From an uncultured virus (IMG/VR IMGVR_UViG_3300049171_000081) (Duplodnaviria > Heunggongvirae > Uroviricota > Caudoviricetes), in IMG/VR virus record IMGVR_UViG_3300049171_000081, positions 57,329 to 77,328 of that record: a stretch of 20,000 nt of DNA, one strand, 5' to 3'. Shown here piece after piece: positions 1 through 8,396 of the stretch. Positions within the stretch are counted from its first letter, which is position 1; every line of letters starts with the position of its first letter. The notes beneath the pieces were generated by a model, which saw only the letters and a list, made by a program, of their open reading frames with translations, made no database searches and was not told the DNA's origin. The translations under genes and the position numbers were made by a program.

Positions 1-2012
1 CCACCCGTGTTCGTGGGTGGAGCCGCCGAACCGTGCATCTCGTAGACGGTGAACCAGGGCTCCGGCAAGAGCATGCTCCGGGCGTTCAGGGTGTCGACAA
101 CACCGGCACCCAGGCCGACGGCGTCGACCCGGATCTCCACCCAGGGTGCCTTCCGCTCCTCCTTCAGCCGCTCTGCAATTTCGAGGACCTTGTACGCCGA
201 CGAAACGGTGTCCGTGCCGGACCAGCTTTCCTCGACCTTCGCGGTGACTCCCGAGTAGGACGCGACCACCGTCTGGTCGGAACCGAAACGGGCGACGTCG
301 ACGCCGAGCCGGAGGATTGAGTGGAGCGCCGGAGCGGGGGGTTCGTCCCGGGCGTCGGCGATTACGTGCGGAGGGAAGAGACTCGACTGGGACTCCTGCG
401 GGAACTCCGCCATGACCTTCGACAGGTAACGAGGATCGTTCTCGCCCCAGGAGTCGAGCCGGTCGGACACCCAGTCACGCGAGACCAGGACCTCGTTCAG
501 CAGACGCGGAACAGGCTCCCCGGTGAAGTTCGGGGTGGTGTGGGCCGGGATGGAGATCCGGTTCCACAGATGCGCCGTGTTGCTGTCGAGGAAGTTTTTC
601 CCGAATTCCGTGTTCCTGTCGTCCGGGTTACCGATCGCCAGGATGCGGCAGCCCATGTTGGTAGTGATGGCCTCGACACCCGTCCAGATTTCCTCCGGCA
701 CGCCACATGCCTCGTCCAGAAGAGCCAGGACGTACCTGCGGTGAATACCGTGGAACGAGTGACGGTCTCCCTTGGCGGGTTTGCGTCCGAACCCGACAAT
801 TTGGCCGTCTCCGAGCTTCCATTCGTCGGCCTGCGTCACGCGGCCCGGCATGGGGTAGTCGCCACGTGCTGCCGACGAGTGGTGCTTGCGAATCTCTTCC
901 CAAAGAATCTTGTTCACCTGGGCATAGGTCGGCGCGGTCGAGACAACGATGGCCTGTCCTGGAGGCTTGGTGGAGACCCACCAACACGCGAGCACAGAGG
1001 CGATCATGGAGTTGTGCGTGGGTATCCCGGACTCCCCGCATAGGTAGAGATGATCCGGAGAGTCAACCTGTATGCACTGAACGTGACGGTCGCCAACGGG
1101 CCTCACGTTTACGACACGCCATCCATCATCTCCCCACAAATCAGATCCGGACAGGAACTTGCACTGAGCCAGGGCCTGTTCGTCCTGATCGACGAGGAGG
1201 GTCGTGGCCCTCGTCCCCATCAGGGCAAGGTGATGCAGGTGCGAACCGTAAGACCGCTCTCTTCGGTAGACAGTGCGAATTCCCAGAGATTCCAGATGCC
1301 TCCTGGCTTCCTCCAGTTCTTGCACCCGACCTTCACGAGACCGCCAGAGCAGACTGGTCCGTCCGAGTGGGTCGAGCACTCCTCTTTCGCGCAAGAGTTC
1401 GGAGATCCACTCGTCCGGGTTCCAAAGCGGACCACGCGACTCCAGATCTGGTATCGAAGCGGGGATCACATAGGAATCACGTGAAGCCGCGAGTTCCCGG
1501 GTGGACAGATTCTTGGCTCGGTGATGCCACAGTCCCGTGTGGACCGTCACGCGAGCCCGATCCGAGCGAAGCTGTATCTGCGCGAATTCCCGGGAAGACA
1601 GGACCGGCCATATGTGATCACCAGAAGCCACGATCGTTTCCCGGACCCCGGCGTTCTCCAGAGTGACCTCGTACGAGTCGGCCACGTGGTGACCTGTGGT
1701 GGCCACCACAGGCACGACGCTCCGGTCCGACCCGAGAACCTTCATCCCAGGTCGAATCTCCCCCATGGCAACCAAACCTGACGGAGTATGAACGGGTTCG
1801 TCGAGTCCAAGAGCTTTGCCCGTTCCATGACAGGAGGCAACAACGGTCCTCTTGTTATGGATGAGGGAATCACAGATTTCCTGCTGCTTGGACCAGAGGT
1901 GAACACCAAGAACATCTCGGGCCCATCCGGCGGGATCATTTGCCCATCCGGCTTGCCGAGCCTGATTGCGGAAGTATTCCTCGGCACCCGAAAAGATCTT
2001 CTCTTCCAGCAT
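1..2012 (-). CDS. terL: Phage terminase large subunit, intein-containing, 3' end beyond window
   Basis: Manual translation is open from ATG 2012 (SD GGAGGAG at 2021-2027) to position 1. It shows the adenine-binding LWSKQ, Walker A ASCHGTGK|S split by the intein, STAPTYAQV, Walker B VLALLDEA (~711-730), coupling motif LAIGNP, and RNase H-like nuclease motifs LGVDVARFGSD (~275-308) and IRVDAVGLGAGVVD. It is missing from the ORF track because there is no stop in the window. Confidence 0.95.
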   Translation of the reverse strand, partial: MLEEKIFSGAEEYFRNQARQAGWANDPAGWARDVLGVHLWSKQQEICDSLIHNKRTVVASCHGTGKALGLDEPVHTPSGLVAMGEIRPGMKVLGSDRSVVPVVATTGHHVADSYEVTLENAGVRETIVASGDHIWPVLSSREFAQIQLRSDRARVTVHTGLWHHRAKNLSTRELAASRDSYVIPASIPDLESRGPLWNPDEWISELLRERGVLDPLGRTSLLWRSREGRVQELEEARRHLESLGIRTVYRRERSYGSHLHHLALMGTRATTLLVDQDEQALAQCKFLSGSDLWGDDGWRVVNVRPVGDRHVQCIQVDSPDHLYLCGESGIPTHNSMIASVLACWWVSTKPPGQAIVVSTAPTYAQVNKILWEEIRKHHSSAARGDYPMPGRVTQADEWKLGDGQIVGFGRKPAKGDRHSFHGIHRRYVLALLDEACGVPEEIWTGVEAITTNMGCRILAIGNPDDRNTEFGKNFLDSNTAHLWNRISIPAHTTPNFTGEPVPRLLNEVLVSRDWVSDRLDSWGENDPRYLSKVMAEFPQESQSSLFPPHVIADARDEPPAPALHSILRLGVDVARFGSDQTVVASYSGVTAKVEESWSGTDTVSSAYKVLEIAERLKEERKAPWVEIRVDAVGLGAGVVDTLNARSMLLPEPWFTVYEMHGSAAPPTNTG
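1011..1814 (-). mobile_element. Class 3 intein (268 aa) with degenerate LAGLIDADG-like insert, within TerL Walker A
   Basis: In frame after GTGK. Block A is ALGLDEPVHTPSG..MGEIRPGMKVLG, block B is IVASGDHIW, block F is VQCIQVDSPDHLYLCG and block G is IPTHN followed by Ser+1. Ala1 with Trp(B12), Cys(F4) and Thr(G5) is the class 3 WCT signature. Confidence 0.93.
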
Positions 2013-2137
2013 GCGTGTCGCTCCTCCCGGGCTTCTCTCCATGCATACTGTCAGTACAGGTACAGTTTTCAGTAACACCCCCTCCGGATCAGCCGAGCGG
2101 CTGGACGGACCTCCACTTCCTCGGGGTGTTGCAATGC

Positions 2138-2185
2138 AAAACCAGAAGCCCGCATGCATCCTTACGGCATGCGGGTTTCTGTTTT
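2138..2185. terminator. Stem-loop, probable intrinsic terminator
   Basis: Inverted repeat cagaagcccgcatgc / gcatgcgggtttctg with a 9-nt loop, flanked by A and T runs. Confidence 0.7.
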
Positions 2186-2445
2186 CGGGCAGCCTTCAGA
2201 TGGAAATGTCGACAGGGTGTAGGTGGAAAAGGGGCCTCCGAGCTGCACCGGAGGGGGTGGGCAGAAGGAACGTTTCCTTCGCCTCCGCAAAGATCGAGCG
2301 TCGAGCGGTGTCGTCCGAGCGGATGGCCTGGGCCAGTTCAGACCCTACGGTTACCAGACAACTGTCAGAGCAGTTAAGCCGTTTCGGGTAGGAAAACCCC
2401 TGAACCAACTTTCATTCTCAAGCGGCCTGTGCCATTCTGAGGAGC

Positions 2446-2820
2446 ATGATGAAGAACATGTACCCGCAAGCGTGCAACGTCTGCGATGGTCATGTTTCCG
2501 CTGGGGAGGGTCACCTTCGGAAGACCGCGTCATCCGGCTGGAGCGTGACCCACGACACCTGTCCACACGGACCCGTACAGCACGGCAACGCCAAGGCTTA
2601 CACCCGGCGAGCAGTCCAAATCATGAATCGCACTGACGCAACTCGTGACGAGATCACAGAAGGTGTCGCGATGCTTGCCGAACTGATGCGCACCGGGTGG
2701 GCTCCTCGTGAATCCTGCGAAAGGGTTGTGCTGAACGCTCGCGCAATCCGTGATTGGGATCGCCTGGGGGTCGAAATGCTCCTGCACGTCTTCACCCTGG
2801 AAGAGTCGGTCTCCTCCTAA
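2446..2820 (+). CDS. Hypothetical protein with N-terminal CxxC...HxxC zinc-finger-like motif
   Basis: GAGGAG precedes the ATG. Contains CNVC...HDTC. Confidence 0.7.
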   Translation: MMKNMYPQACNVCDGHVSAGEGHLRKTASSGWSVTHDTCPHGPVQHGNAKAYTRRAVQIMNRTDATRDEITEGVAMLAELMRTGWAPRESCERVVLNARAIRDWDRLGVEMLLHVFTLEESVSS

Positions 2821-2981
2821 GGCTTCTTCAGTCCAAGCATCAACAGAAGTTCCCGAAGTTCCGTCTGAGCGTTGGGCCGCCCGTACGCCCAGGCCGACGC
2901 GGAGAGCATTGCCGATCGCAGGCAGCCCTCGCACTCTGTGCACGTGCACGGGGGTGCCGAGGGCTTCTCTTTTTCCGTCAT
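2817..2981 (-). CDS. Small Cys-rich hypothetical protein (54 aa, below ORF-track cutoff)
   Basis: Manual translation MTEKEKPSAPPCTCTECEGCLRS...LMLGLKKP*. It fills the gap exactly, with its stop overlapping the stop of 2446-2820. A TAACCT -10-like hexamer lies upstream. Confidence 0.5.
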   Translation of the reverse strand: MTEKEKPSAPPCTCTECEGCLRSAMLSASAWAYGRPNAQTELRELLLMLGLKKP

Positions 2982-3113
2982 AGACCTACGAGGTTACTGC
3001 ACTTGCAAGTGGCCTAGGTCATGTGGTTTCGTAGAAGAGGTCAGGGCAACACACCCCGGTTGACCAACCGTCAGGGTGCCGCCCGACCTTGACACGGAAA
3101 CGGAGAAGAAGAG

Positions 3114-3563
3114 ATGTCCAAGGCTTCCATGACCGCCGGTACCGCCCTCCTCGTTACCCTCGCCAGCGGTGTCACGTTCCTCCTCGCCACCCCGGCCACC
3201 GCCGAAGGGATGTGCCCCAAGGGCTGGCACGAGGTGGTGAAGGAGGAGATGATGATGAACTCGGACACGGACCAGTACGAGCTGGCCACCATCACCGAGT
3301 GTGCCAAGGACGAACGTCCGTCCAACATCTCGGTCCGTACTTCCGTCACCGTCGACACCCACCTCCTGGACAACAACCTCCAGAAGACCGGCAGCGGCCT
3401 GGTCCCCGCCGACCGTTTCGAGTACCTCGGCGAGAAGTTCCCCGGCCCGGACGGCAAGATGTACATCGCCATCAAGCAGATCACCACCGGCAAGGGCGGC
3501 TGGGGCGAGAAGTACCAGGGCTGGATCCCCGTCGAGAACACGATCGACCCGGACATGTTCTGA
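3114..3563 (+). CDS. Secreted hypothetical protein
   Basis: Signal-peptide-like N-terminus (…LLVTLASGVTFLLATPATA-E), strongly GC3-biased codons and GGAGAAG upstream. Confidence 0.85.
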   Translation: MSKASMTAGTALLVTLASGVTFLLATPATAEGMCPKGWHEVVKEEMMMNSDTDQYELATITECAKDERPSNISVRTSVTVDTHLLDNNLQKTGSGLVPADRFEYLGEKFPGPDGKMYIAIKQITTGKGGWGEKYQGWIPVENTIDPDMF

Positions 3564-3994
3564 TGTCCACCGTCTTCCGGGCCCGACAGGGGCGTGACCC
3601 GAACTTCTGGCCGGTCACCTACCACGTACCTCAGCTCCCCCTGAACGACCTCCAGCAGAAGGTCTCGGAGGACCTGTTCGGGGTGGCATGCACCGCAGAC
3701 GGATGGCTCGGCGTCGTCGAGGACATCAAGGACTTCAACGCCCGGCGAAAGTACTCCGGCGTCACGTGGACCCTGGGGTACGCCTTTCGTTCCGGACGAC
3801 GGGGGCTGAAGTCCACCTGGTCCTGGATCCTCCCCGACGGAACCCTCCAGAGAGATCTGCCGGGAGGCTCCGAGCGCATCTTCTTCAAGGAAGTCTGCCA
3901 GGAACTGCTGGACGCCCATCAGGAGCCGGAGCGATTCGGCATCAGGGTGGAGCCGAGCGACTTCGCGGACAGGCTTCTGGAGAAGAAGAGCTGA
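3563..3994 (+). CDS. Hypothetical protein (MSTVFRARQG…)
   Basis: TGATG overlap with the previous gene. It is the coding 3' part of ORF 3089-3994 and is followed by a terminator. Confidence 0.8.
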   Translation: MSTVFRARQGRDPNFWPVTYHVPQLPLNDLQQKVSEDLFGVACTADGWLGVVEDIKDFNARRKYSGVTWTLGYAFRSGRRGLKSTWSWILPDGTLQRDLPGGSERIFFKEVCQELLDAHQEPERFGIRVEPSDFADRLLEKKS

Positions 3995-4004
3995 ACAATC
4001 GACA

Positions 4005-4036
4005 AGGCCCCCGCCATCGGACCAGGGCGGGGGCCT
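4005..4036 (+). terminator. Intrinsic terminator-like hairpin
   Basis: 11-bp stem aggcccccgcc / ggcgggggcct, 10 nt after the stop codon. Confidence 0.75.
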
Positions 4037-4150
4037 CTCGGGGTGGCGCGGCCGACGACTGCCTGTTACATCCGCCGCGTAGTCGCAGACTGACACTCGA
4101 ACGCGGCAAACTTACCCAACACCCCGCAAGTACAGAAGGGTTCCCCCCCA

Positions 4151-4540
4151 ATGGCCGATATTTCGAGCCTGACCGACAACCAGATCGAAGCACTGCTGGA
4201 ACGAGCGGAGTATGACAGCGAGGCGCGAATCCTGGGTTTCGTCTGGGGCGGTGACCCTGTGCGGTCTTACGGATTCATCAAGGATGCCCCGGACTGGTGC
4301 ACGGGCTACCACGCCTCAGGCGATCTGGTGACCCGAGACTGGTTCCGGCTGGCCGTGAAGGAACTCCGGAAAAGCCGGGGCAGCCTTCTCGGGGACGAGC
4401 CCCGGGTTGTCCGCGCATACTGGGACACTGTGCGGAACGATCCCTCCGAGTGGTCCAACGAGACCGTCCTGACCCTGGCCTGCGTCGCACCCTTCCTCGG
4501 GGTCATGCAGGACATGGTGGACTCGGGTTGGGGCGACTGA
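4151..4540 (+). CDS. Hypothetical protein
   Basis: Protein-like composition, GAAGGG upstream, tiles with neighbours. Confidence 0.75.
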   Translation: MADISSLTDNQIEALLERAEYDSEARILGFVWGGDPVRSYGFIKDAPDWCTGYHASGDLVTRDWFRLAVKELRKSRGSLLGDEPRVVRAYWDTVRNDPSEWSNETVLTLACVAPFLGVMQDMVDSGWGD

Positions 4541-4566
4541 ACGAAAAGGAAAAGGGAGGGTGAAGC

Positions 4567-4980
4567 ATGCTCAGTGCTGAACTGATCGAACAGGAACCGA
4601 CGGCACTCACTCCGCAGGACCTGACTCCGGACCTCGGCTGCTACGAAGCCGGATACGACCCGGCCCTGCTTGGCGGCAGCCACACGCTGGCGGACCTGGT
4701 CCGAGCTTCCCGGAATGGGGGGAACCCGCGATGCCGCGAGACCGGCCTCGTGGTCTCTTGCGACTGCTCTCGCTGGTGGGGTACCCGAGGTGCCCGCGTC
4801 TGGCTCCCGTGCTGCGGCAAGGAGCGCCGCAGGGTGCAGAACCGTCAGGTGCTCGTCTGTCCAGAATGCCGAGTCCAGTGGCGCTACCACTATCTCGACA
4901 CCGGGGATCACGTCTTCGTGTCTCTCGGGGTCAAGGCCAAGAAGACCAAGAAGGTCAGGATCCCGAGGTCGCGCCGATGA
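4567..4980 (+). CDS. Hypothetical Cys-rich (zinc ribbon-like) protein
   Basis: SD GGGAGG. Contains several Cys pairs including CPEC. Confidence 0.75.
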   Translation: MLSAELIEQEPTALTPQDLTPDLGCYEAGYDPALLGGSHTLADLVRASRNGGNPRCRETGLVVSCDCSRWWGTRGARVWLPCCGKERRRVQNRQVLVCPECRVQWRYHYLDTGDHVFVSLGVKAKKTKKVRIPRSRR

Positions 4981-5417
4981 ACGATCCGCAGCATCTCCTC
5001 GACTGGCTGCTTGCAACCATCCGAGAACGGGAAGAGGCCGCAACGGCTGCGGCTCGACACTATGGCGGACGATGGGTGCGGGGAATCCCGGAGCGTCACA
5101 AGGACCCTGGTCTTCGCTACGGATGGGACGAGGACTGGGTGCATCTGTCCGAGACGGATCCCCACCTCGGCTACCAGTGCTTCAGCGACGAGATTGCCGT
5201 ACTGACGGTTCTTCACGACTCCGAGTCGGTTCTGCGTCGCTGCAAGTCCGACCGGAAGCTCCTCGAACTCCACGGAGGTCGAGGACACGGATGTCCCACC
5301 TACGACTACGACGGGGACCTGGACGAATTCGCCCGGTTCTACAACCATGAAGTCTGTCCAGTGATCAGCTCCCTCGCGGAGTCATATGGCTGGCGGGAAG
5401 GAGAGGGGGAGACGTGA
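4977..5417 (+). CDS. DUF6221-like actinophage protein
   Basis: ATGA overlap. The pattern LLDWLLATIREREEAA…HDSESVLRRCKSDRKLLELH…CPVISSLAESY matches the family as recalled. Confidence 0.75.
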   Translation: MNDPQHLLDWLLATIREREEAATAAARHYGGRWVRGIPERHKDPGLRYGWDEDWVHLSETDPHLGYQCFSDEIAVLTVLHDSESVLRRCKSDRKLLELHGGRGHGCPTYDYDGDLDEFARFYNHEVCPVISSLAESYGWREGEGET

Positions 5418-5629
5418 ACGACGACGACCTGTGCACTTCGGAATACCCCGGCGACAGCAACTTCGCCGGACATCTCTGCAACCTGAAGGACAAGCACGAG
5501 GGCAACCATCTGGCACGTGGCATGGTCGGCCCCGGCTGGCGAATGGTCCTCGTCTGGACGCAGGACGGCAAGATCCTCCCGTACGTCATGGAGAACACGG
5601 ACGGAGCGAACCATGACCTCCTCCCCTGA
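5414..5629 (+). CDS. Hypothetical protein
   Basis: GTGA overlap with the upstream stop and a purine-rich SD. Confidence 0.7.
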   Translation: MNDDDLCTSEYPGDSNFAGHLCNLKDKHEGNHLARGMVGPGWRMVLVWTQDGKILPYVMENTDGANHDLLP

Positions 5630-5942
5630 GAGGCGCACTCGCTGGCCTGCCGCCTTGCACCTTCAGCAGGCCGCAGATCGCGCCCGGGAGACCCTGCCGG
5701 AGTTCGAGACCAGTACGGGGGCTCTTGTTCAGCCGATCGCCGACTGGTTCGACAGAATGGCCAACAACCTCGCGGCGTGGGCCCCGTACCGCGACCACGA
5801 GGGCGGCTACAAATATTGGCAGATGGCGACACGGATGGCCCATGCCGCCCTCGATCTGGAAGTCGAGGCTGACGTCTGTTCGGTCTGCCACACGCATACC
5901 TGGCCGGGCCCCCCGTCTCCCCTAAAAGAGGAGTCACGGTGA
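5613..5942 (+). CDS. Hypothetical protein (helical phage family, LxxAAxxxR…IADWF)
   Basis: GGAG SD before ATG 5613. GTGA coupling to the next gene. Confidence 0.7.
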   Translation: MTSSPERRTRWPAALHLQQAADRARETLPEFETSTGALVQPIADWFDRMANNLAAWAPYRDHEGGYKYWQMATRMAHAALDLEVEADVCSVCHTHTWPGPPSPLKEESR

Positions 5943-6226
5943 ACCATCCCGACGTTGCCGTTGTCGACTGCCACAGCATCGAACTCGACAACGGCGAGAA
6001 CCTCCGCCATCTCGGCGAAGGGAACTACCTGGAGCTGGACAAACACGTGGCAGGTCTCCGGCCCGGTACGTGGCTCGTCACCGGCTACCTGGGTGAGTAC
6101 AAGGACCAGGCGACCCTCCGCCGACTCACTCACGAGGAGATCGAAGCGGCTTGGCGCAGCGTTGCCCCGTTCGTCGCCATCCTCGAAGAACACCTGTCGG
6201 ACCTGGCAACGCCGGAGTCGGGATGA
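5939..6226 (+). CDS. Hypothetical protein
   Basis: GAGGAG SD, with 4-nt overlaps on both sides. Confidence 0.75.
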   Translation: MNHPDVAVVDCHSIELDNGENLRHLGEGNYLELDKHVAGLRPGTWLVTGYLGEYKDQATLRRLTHEEIEAAWRSVAPFVAILEEHLSDLATPESG

Positions 6227-6483
6227 GTCGTTGCACCTGCGGTCAAATCGCCCTCGGGGCGATCGCGATTGACGTCCACAATTGGGATCCAAGCTGTGTC
6301 GAACACGGAATCGCTTCGACCTGGTGGAACTCGACAGATCAGCAATCTGCGCGTGCGATCAGGCGTGAACAGTCGATCGATCTTCAGCGTCGTGCACGAG
6401 ACGTCCGCAGATCAGCTACGTGGGCGAGAGTATCGGCCAGTCATGAAACGCAGGAACCTGCGGAAAGGGAGAAGAGGGCGTGA
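6223..6483 (+). CDS. Hypothetical protein (CxC…CxxHG motif)
   Basis: ATGA overlap and GGAG SD. Confidence 0.7.
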   Translation: MSRCTCGQIALGAIAIDVHNWDPSCVEHGIASTWWNSTDQQSARAIRREQSIDLQRRARDVRRSATWARVSASHETQEPAEREKRA

Positions 6484-6746
6484 CAGAAAAGACAGGCAAG
6501 CGCGACAGGAGCCCGGCGGACACCCTGGCGGACGCAGCCAAGTTCTTGCGGGAAATGAGGATGATCTCCAGCGCGTTCACCACCAACAGCTCGACAGCTC
6601 GTTACCTGTCCGCGCGAAAGGCCGTTGCTCTCGTTCTCCAGAGCGCGGCAGACGCCTGGGCCGAAGACCCCGACAACCACCCGGCAAACGACCATGAGGG
6701 GGATCTGCTGGCCCTTGCCGAAGACCTGATCAGGGAGGACGGGTGA
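6480..6746 (+). CDS. Hypothetical protein (paralogous helical family)
   Basis: GTGA overlap. Contains SPADTLADAAKFLR…LLALAEDLI. Confidence 0.75.
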   Translation: MTEKTGKRDRSPADTLADAAKFLREMRMISSAFTTNSSTARYLSARKAVALVLQSAADAWAEDPDNHPANDHEGDLLALAEDLIREDG

Positions 6747-7108
6747 ACCCCACCGACGAGCTTCAGAAAGCCGCTGCCAAGCTCCGCAAGCTGGCAGAAG
6801 AAGCAACCTCCGGTTCCTGGCGACGCATCGGCAAGGGCTATCCCCACATCCTCGCGCAAGGAGAAGGGGGGCAGTACGTCGAGGAATCGGAAGGGTTGAT
6901 CTCCACCAACCTCTCGGGAAACCCCGACGCCGACGCCCTGTACATCGAGGTCATGCAGCCGCGTGCCGGTCTCTCTCTAGCGACATGGCTCGACGTGGAG
7001 GCCGCTACATGGGCCGGGGATGAGGTGCACTACGCCTGCAAGCCTGGCACTTGCACTCAGGAAGCCGCGCTCGACTTCGCGCGCATGATCAACGGAGGAG
7101 AAGAGTGA
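6743..7108 (+). CDS. Hypothetical protein, Ead/Ea22-like helical phage family
   Basis: Contains PTDELQKAAAKLRKLAEEATSGSW…ADALYIEVMQP…LATWL…ALDFARMI. GTGA overlap. Confidence 0.75.
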   Translation: MNPTDELQKAAAKLRKLAEEATSGSWRRIGKGYPHILAQGEGGQYVEESEGLISTNLSGNPDADALYIEVMQPRAGLSLATWLDVEAATWAGDEVHYACKPGTCTQEAALDFARMINGGEE

Positions 7109-7389
7109 CCCCCGTCGAGACACTGCGGTCAGCAGCCGACCGCCTGGAGTCTCTTGCCAAAGCGGCGCAGAAGGATCTGGAGACCGACGACTTCTGGGCG
7201 TGCTACAACCCGGCCACCGCCTGGCGGGACGGCATGACCAATGGCATGGGGGGTGTCACGGGAGATCTGGCCGGGGCGATACCTCCCGCAGCCGTCGCCC
7301 ATCTGGTGCACTGGCTGCGAGCGGAAGCCAGACAGCCCAGCGCCAGCCCGTACGCTCTGGCCTTCGCCAGCCGGATCCACGGAACCTGA
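7105..7389 (+). CDS. Hypothetical protein (paralogous helical family)
   Basis: GGAGGAG SD and GTGA overlap. Contains TPVETLRSAADRLESLA…LVHWLRAEA…ALAFASRI. Confidence 0.75.
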   Translation: MTPVETLRSAADRLESLAKAAQKDLETDDFWACYNPATAWRDGMTNGMGGVTGDLAGAIPPAAVAHLVHWLRAEARQPSASPYALAFASRIHGT

Positions 7390-7397
7390 ACACGAAT

Positions 7398-7431
7398 AAG
7401 GGCGGCCTCCGAGTGGAGGGAGGCCGCCCTT
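7398..7431. terminator. Hairpin terminator between convergent genes
   Basis: Perfect 13-bp stem aagggcggcctcc / ggaggccgccctt. Confidence 0.85.
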
Positions 7432-7562
7432 GCGTTTCACGGAAAACCCGGCTTGAGCCACTTTCGTGGATGCCGATCTACTGGGCCTGGGCCGTTCAGT
7501 CGGCAGACGGACTTTCCTGGGAACTACCGTAACACGACTGGGAGTTTATTCGGTACAAGTTT

Positions 7563-8348
7563 TCACCACTTGCGGGGATCGCACGACCTGCCGAGCTTGT
7601 TCCAGGCGTCGTCGAACCACGTGTTGGCCTGATCGAACCACAGGTGGTCGTACCTCTCCCGCTGGGGGTCCCTGGAGAACTGCCTGTCGTTCCGAGGGTG
7701 ATGGAACAACACGAGACCCGATCCCGTCGATTCGTCCGGTTGGACCGGGTGATAACCGAAGAAGACGTCCTCTTTGTTGACAATGCCGAGCATGAAGAAC
7801 TGGGTTCCGTCGTGCACTCGCACCTGGGCACCCCCGTCCCGGATCAGCCCAAGCGTCTTCAGGTTGTCGACGAAGGTGACGATGCCGCGAAGGCTCTCCT
7901 CCACGTCGAACAGGGTCGACTCCGGCACGAGGATACGGATGAGAATGTTCTCCGGGGTGAACCGTCCAGAGCGGACTCCCTCGAAAGGTTCTCGAAGAGC
8001 TTTGCGGAGCACCTCGGTGGAAGGGCCCGCGAAGTCGATCAGCACGTTCGCGCGGGAGAAGGCCGCCTGGATGCAGGGCTGGAACCCCTCGGCAACCCCG
8101 GATTCCTCTCGGACGAAAGATCCACTGCCTTGGATCGAGTAGATCAAGTCCTGATCTTCGAGGACTCGAAGGGCTCGCTGGACCGTTGCCCGCGCGAAAC
8201 CGTAGTGATTCGTCAGTTCCGACTGAGAAGGGAGCTTCCCTCCGGGTGCGATTTTCTTGGTGAGAATGGCCGCTCGTAGGCCATGGAGCACTTGCTCGTA
8301 TGGCGCGCGGCTGTCGTCGGGATCCCGAGGTGCAAGGGGAGAAGTCAT
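7563..8348 (-). CDS. GntR-family transcriptional regulator (plasmid/AICE Kor-like type)
   Basis: N-terminal GntR wHTH: PYEQV…LRAAI…PGGKLPSQSEL…YGFARATVQRAL…QGSGSFV. Confidence 0.92.
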   Translation of the reverse strand: MTSPLAPRDPDDSRAPYEQVLHGLRAAILTKKIAPGGKLPSQSELTNHYGFARATVQRALRVLEDQDLIYSIQGSGSFVREESGVAEGFQPCIQAAFSRANVLIDFAGPSTEVLRKALREPFEGVRSGRFTPENILIRILVPESTLFDVEESLRGIVTFVDNLKTLGLIRDGGAQVRVHDGTQFFMLGIVNKEDVFFGYHPVQPDESTGSGLVLFHHPRNDRQFSRDPQRERYDHLWFDQANTWFDDAWNKLGRSCDPRKW

Positions 8349-8396
8349 ACCTCGGGATCCTAGACATGCTTGGCTAGCCTGGCCAGCCAGGTCGAG
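8349..8396 (-). promoter_or_regulatory. Near-leaderless promoter with tandem 9-bp operator-like repeats
   Basis: A -10-like TAGGAT (8362-8357) lies 8 nt before the ATG. Repeats cttggctag / cctggccag / ccaggtcga (8369-8395) cover the -35 zone. Confidence 0.5.

Noticed and set aside
33..1781. Plus-strand ORFs 33-320, 321-1043, 707-1666, 1050-1484 and 1521-1781
   Set aside because: They are antisense shadows of the motif-rich minus-strand terL.
1011..1814. Group I intron or free-standing HNH gene interrupting terL
   Set aside because: The insert is in frame with no stops and has intein splice-junction residues.
2196..2408. 70-aa minus-strand ORF in the terL upstream gap
   Set aside because: No clear SD or motif. 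It ends just before a hairpin, so a small gene cannot be excluded, but it is unsupported.
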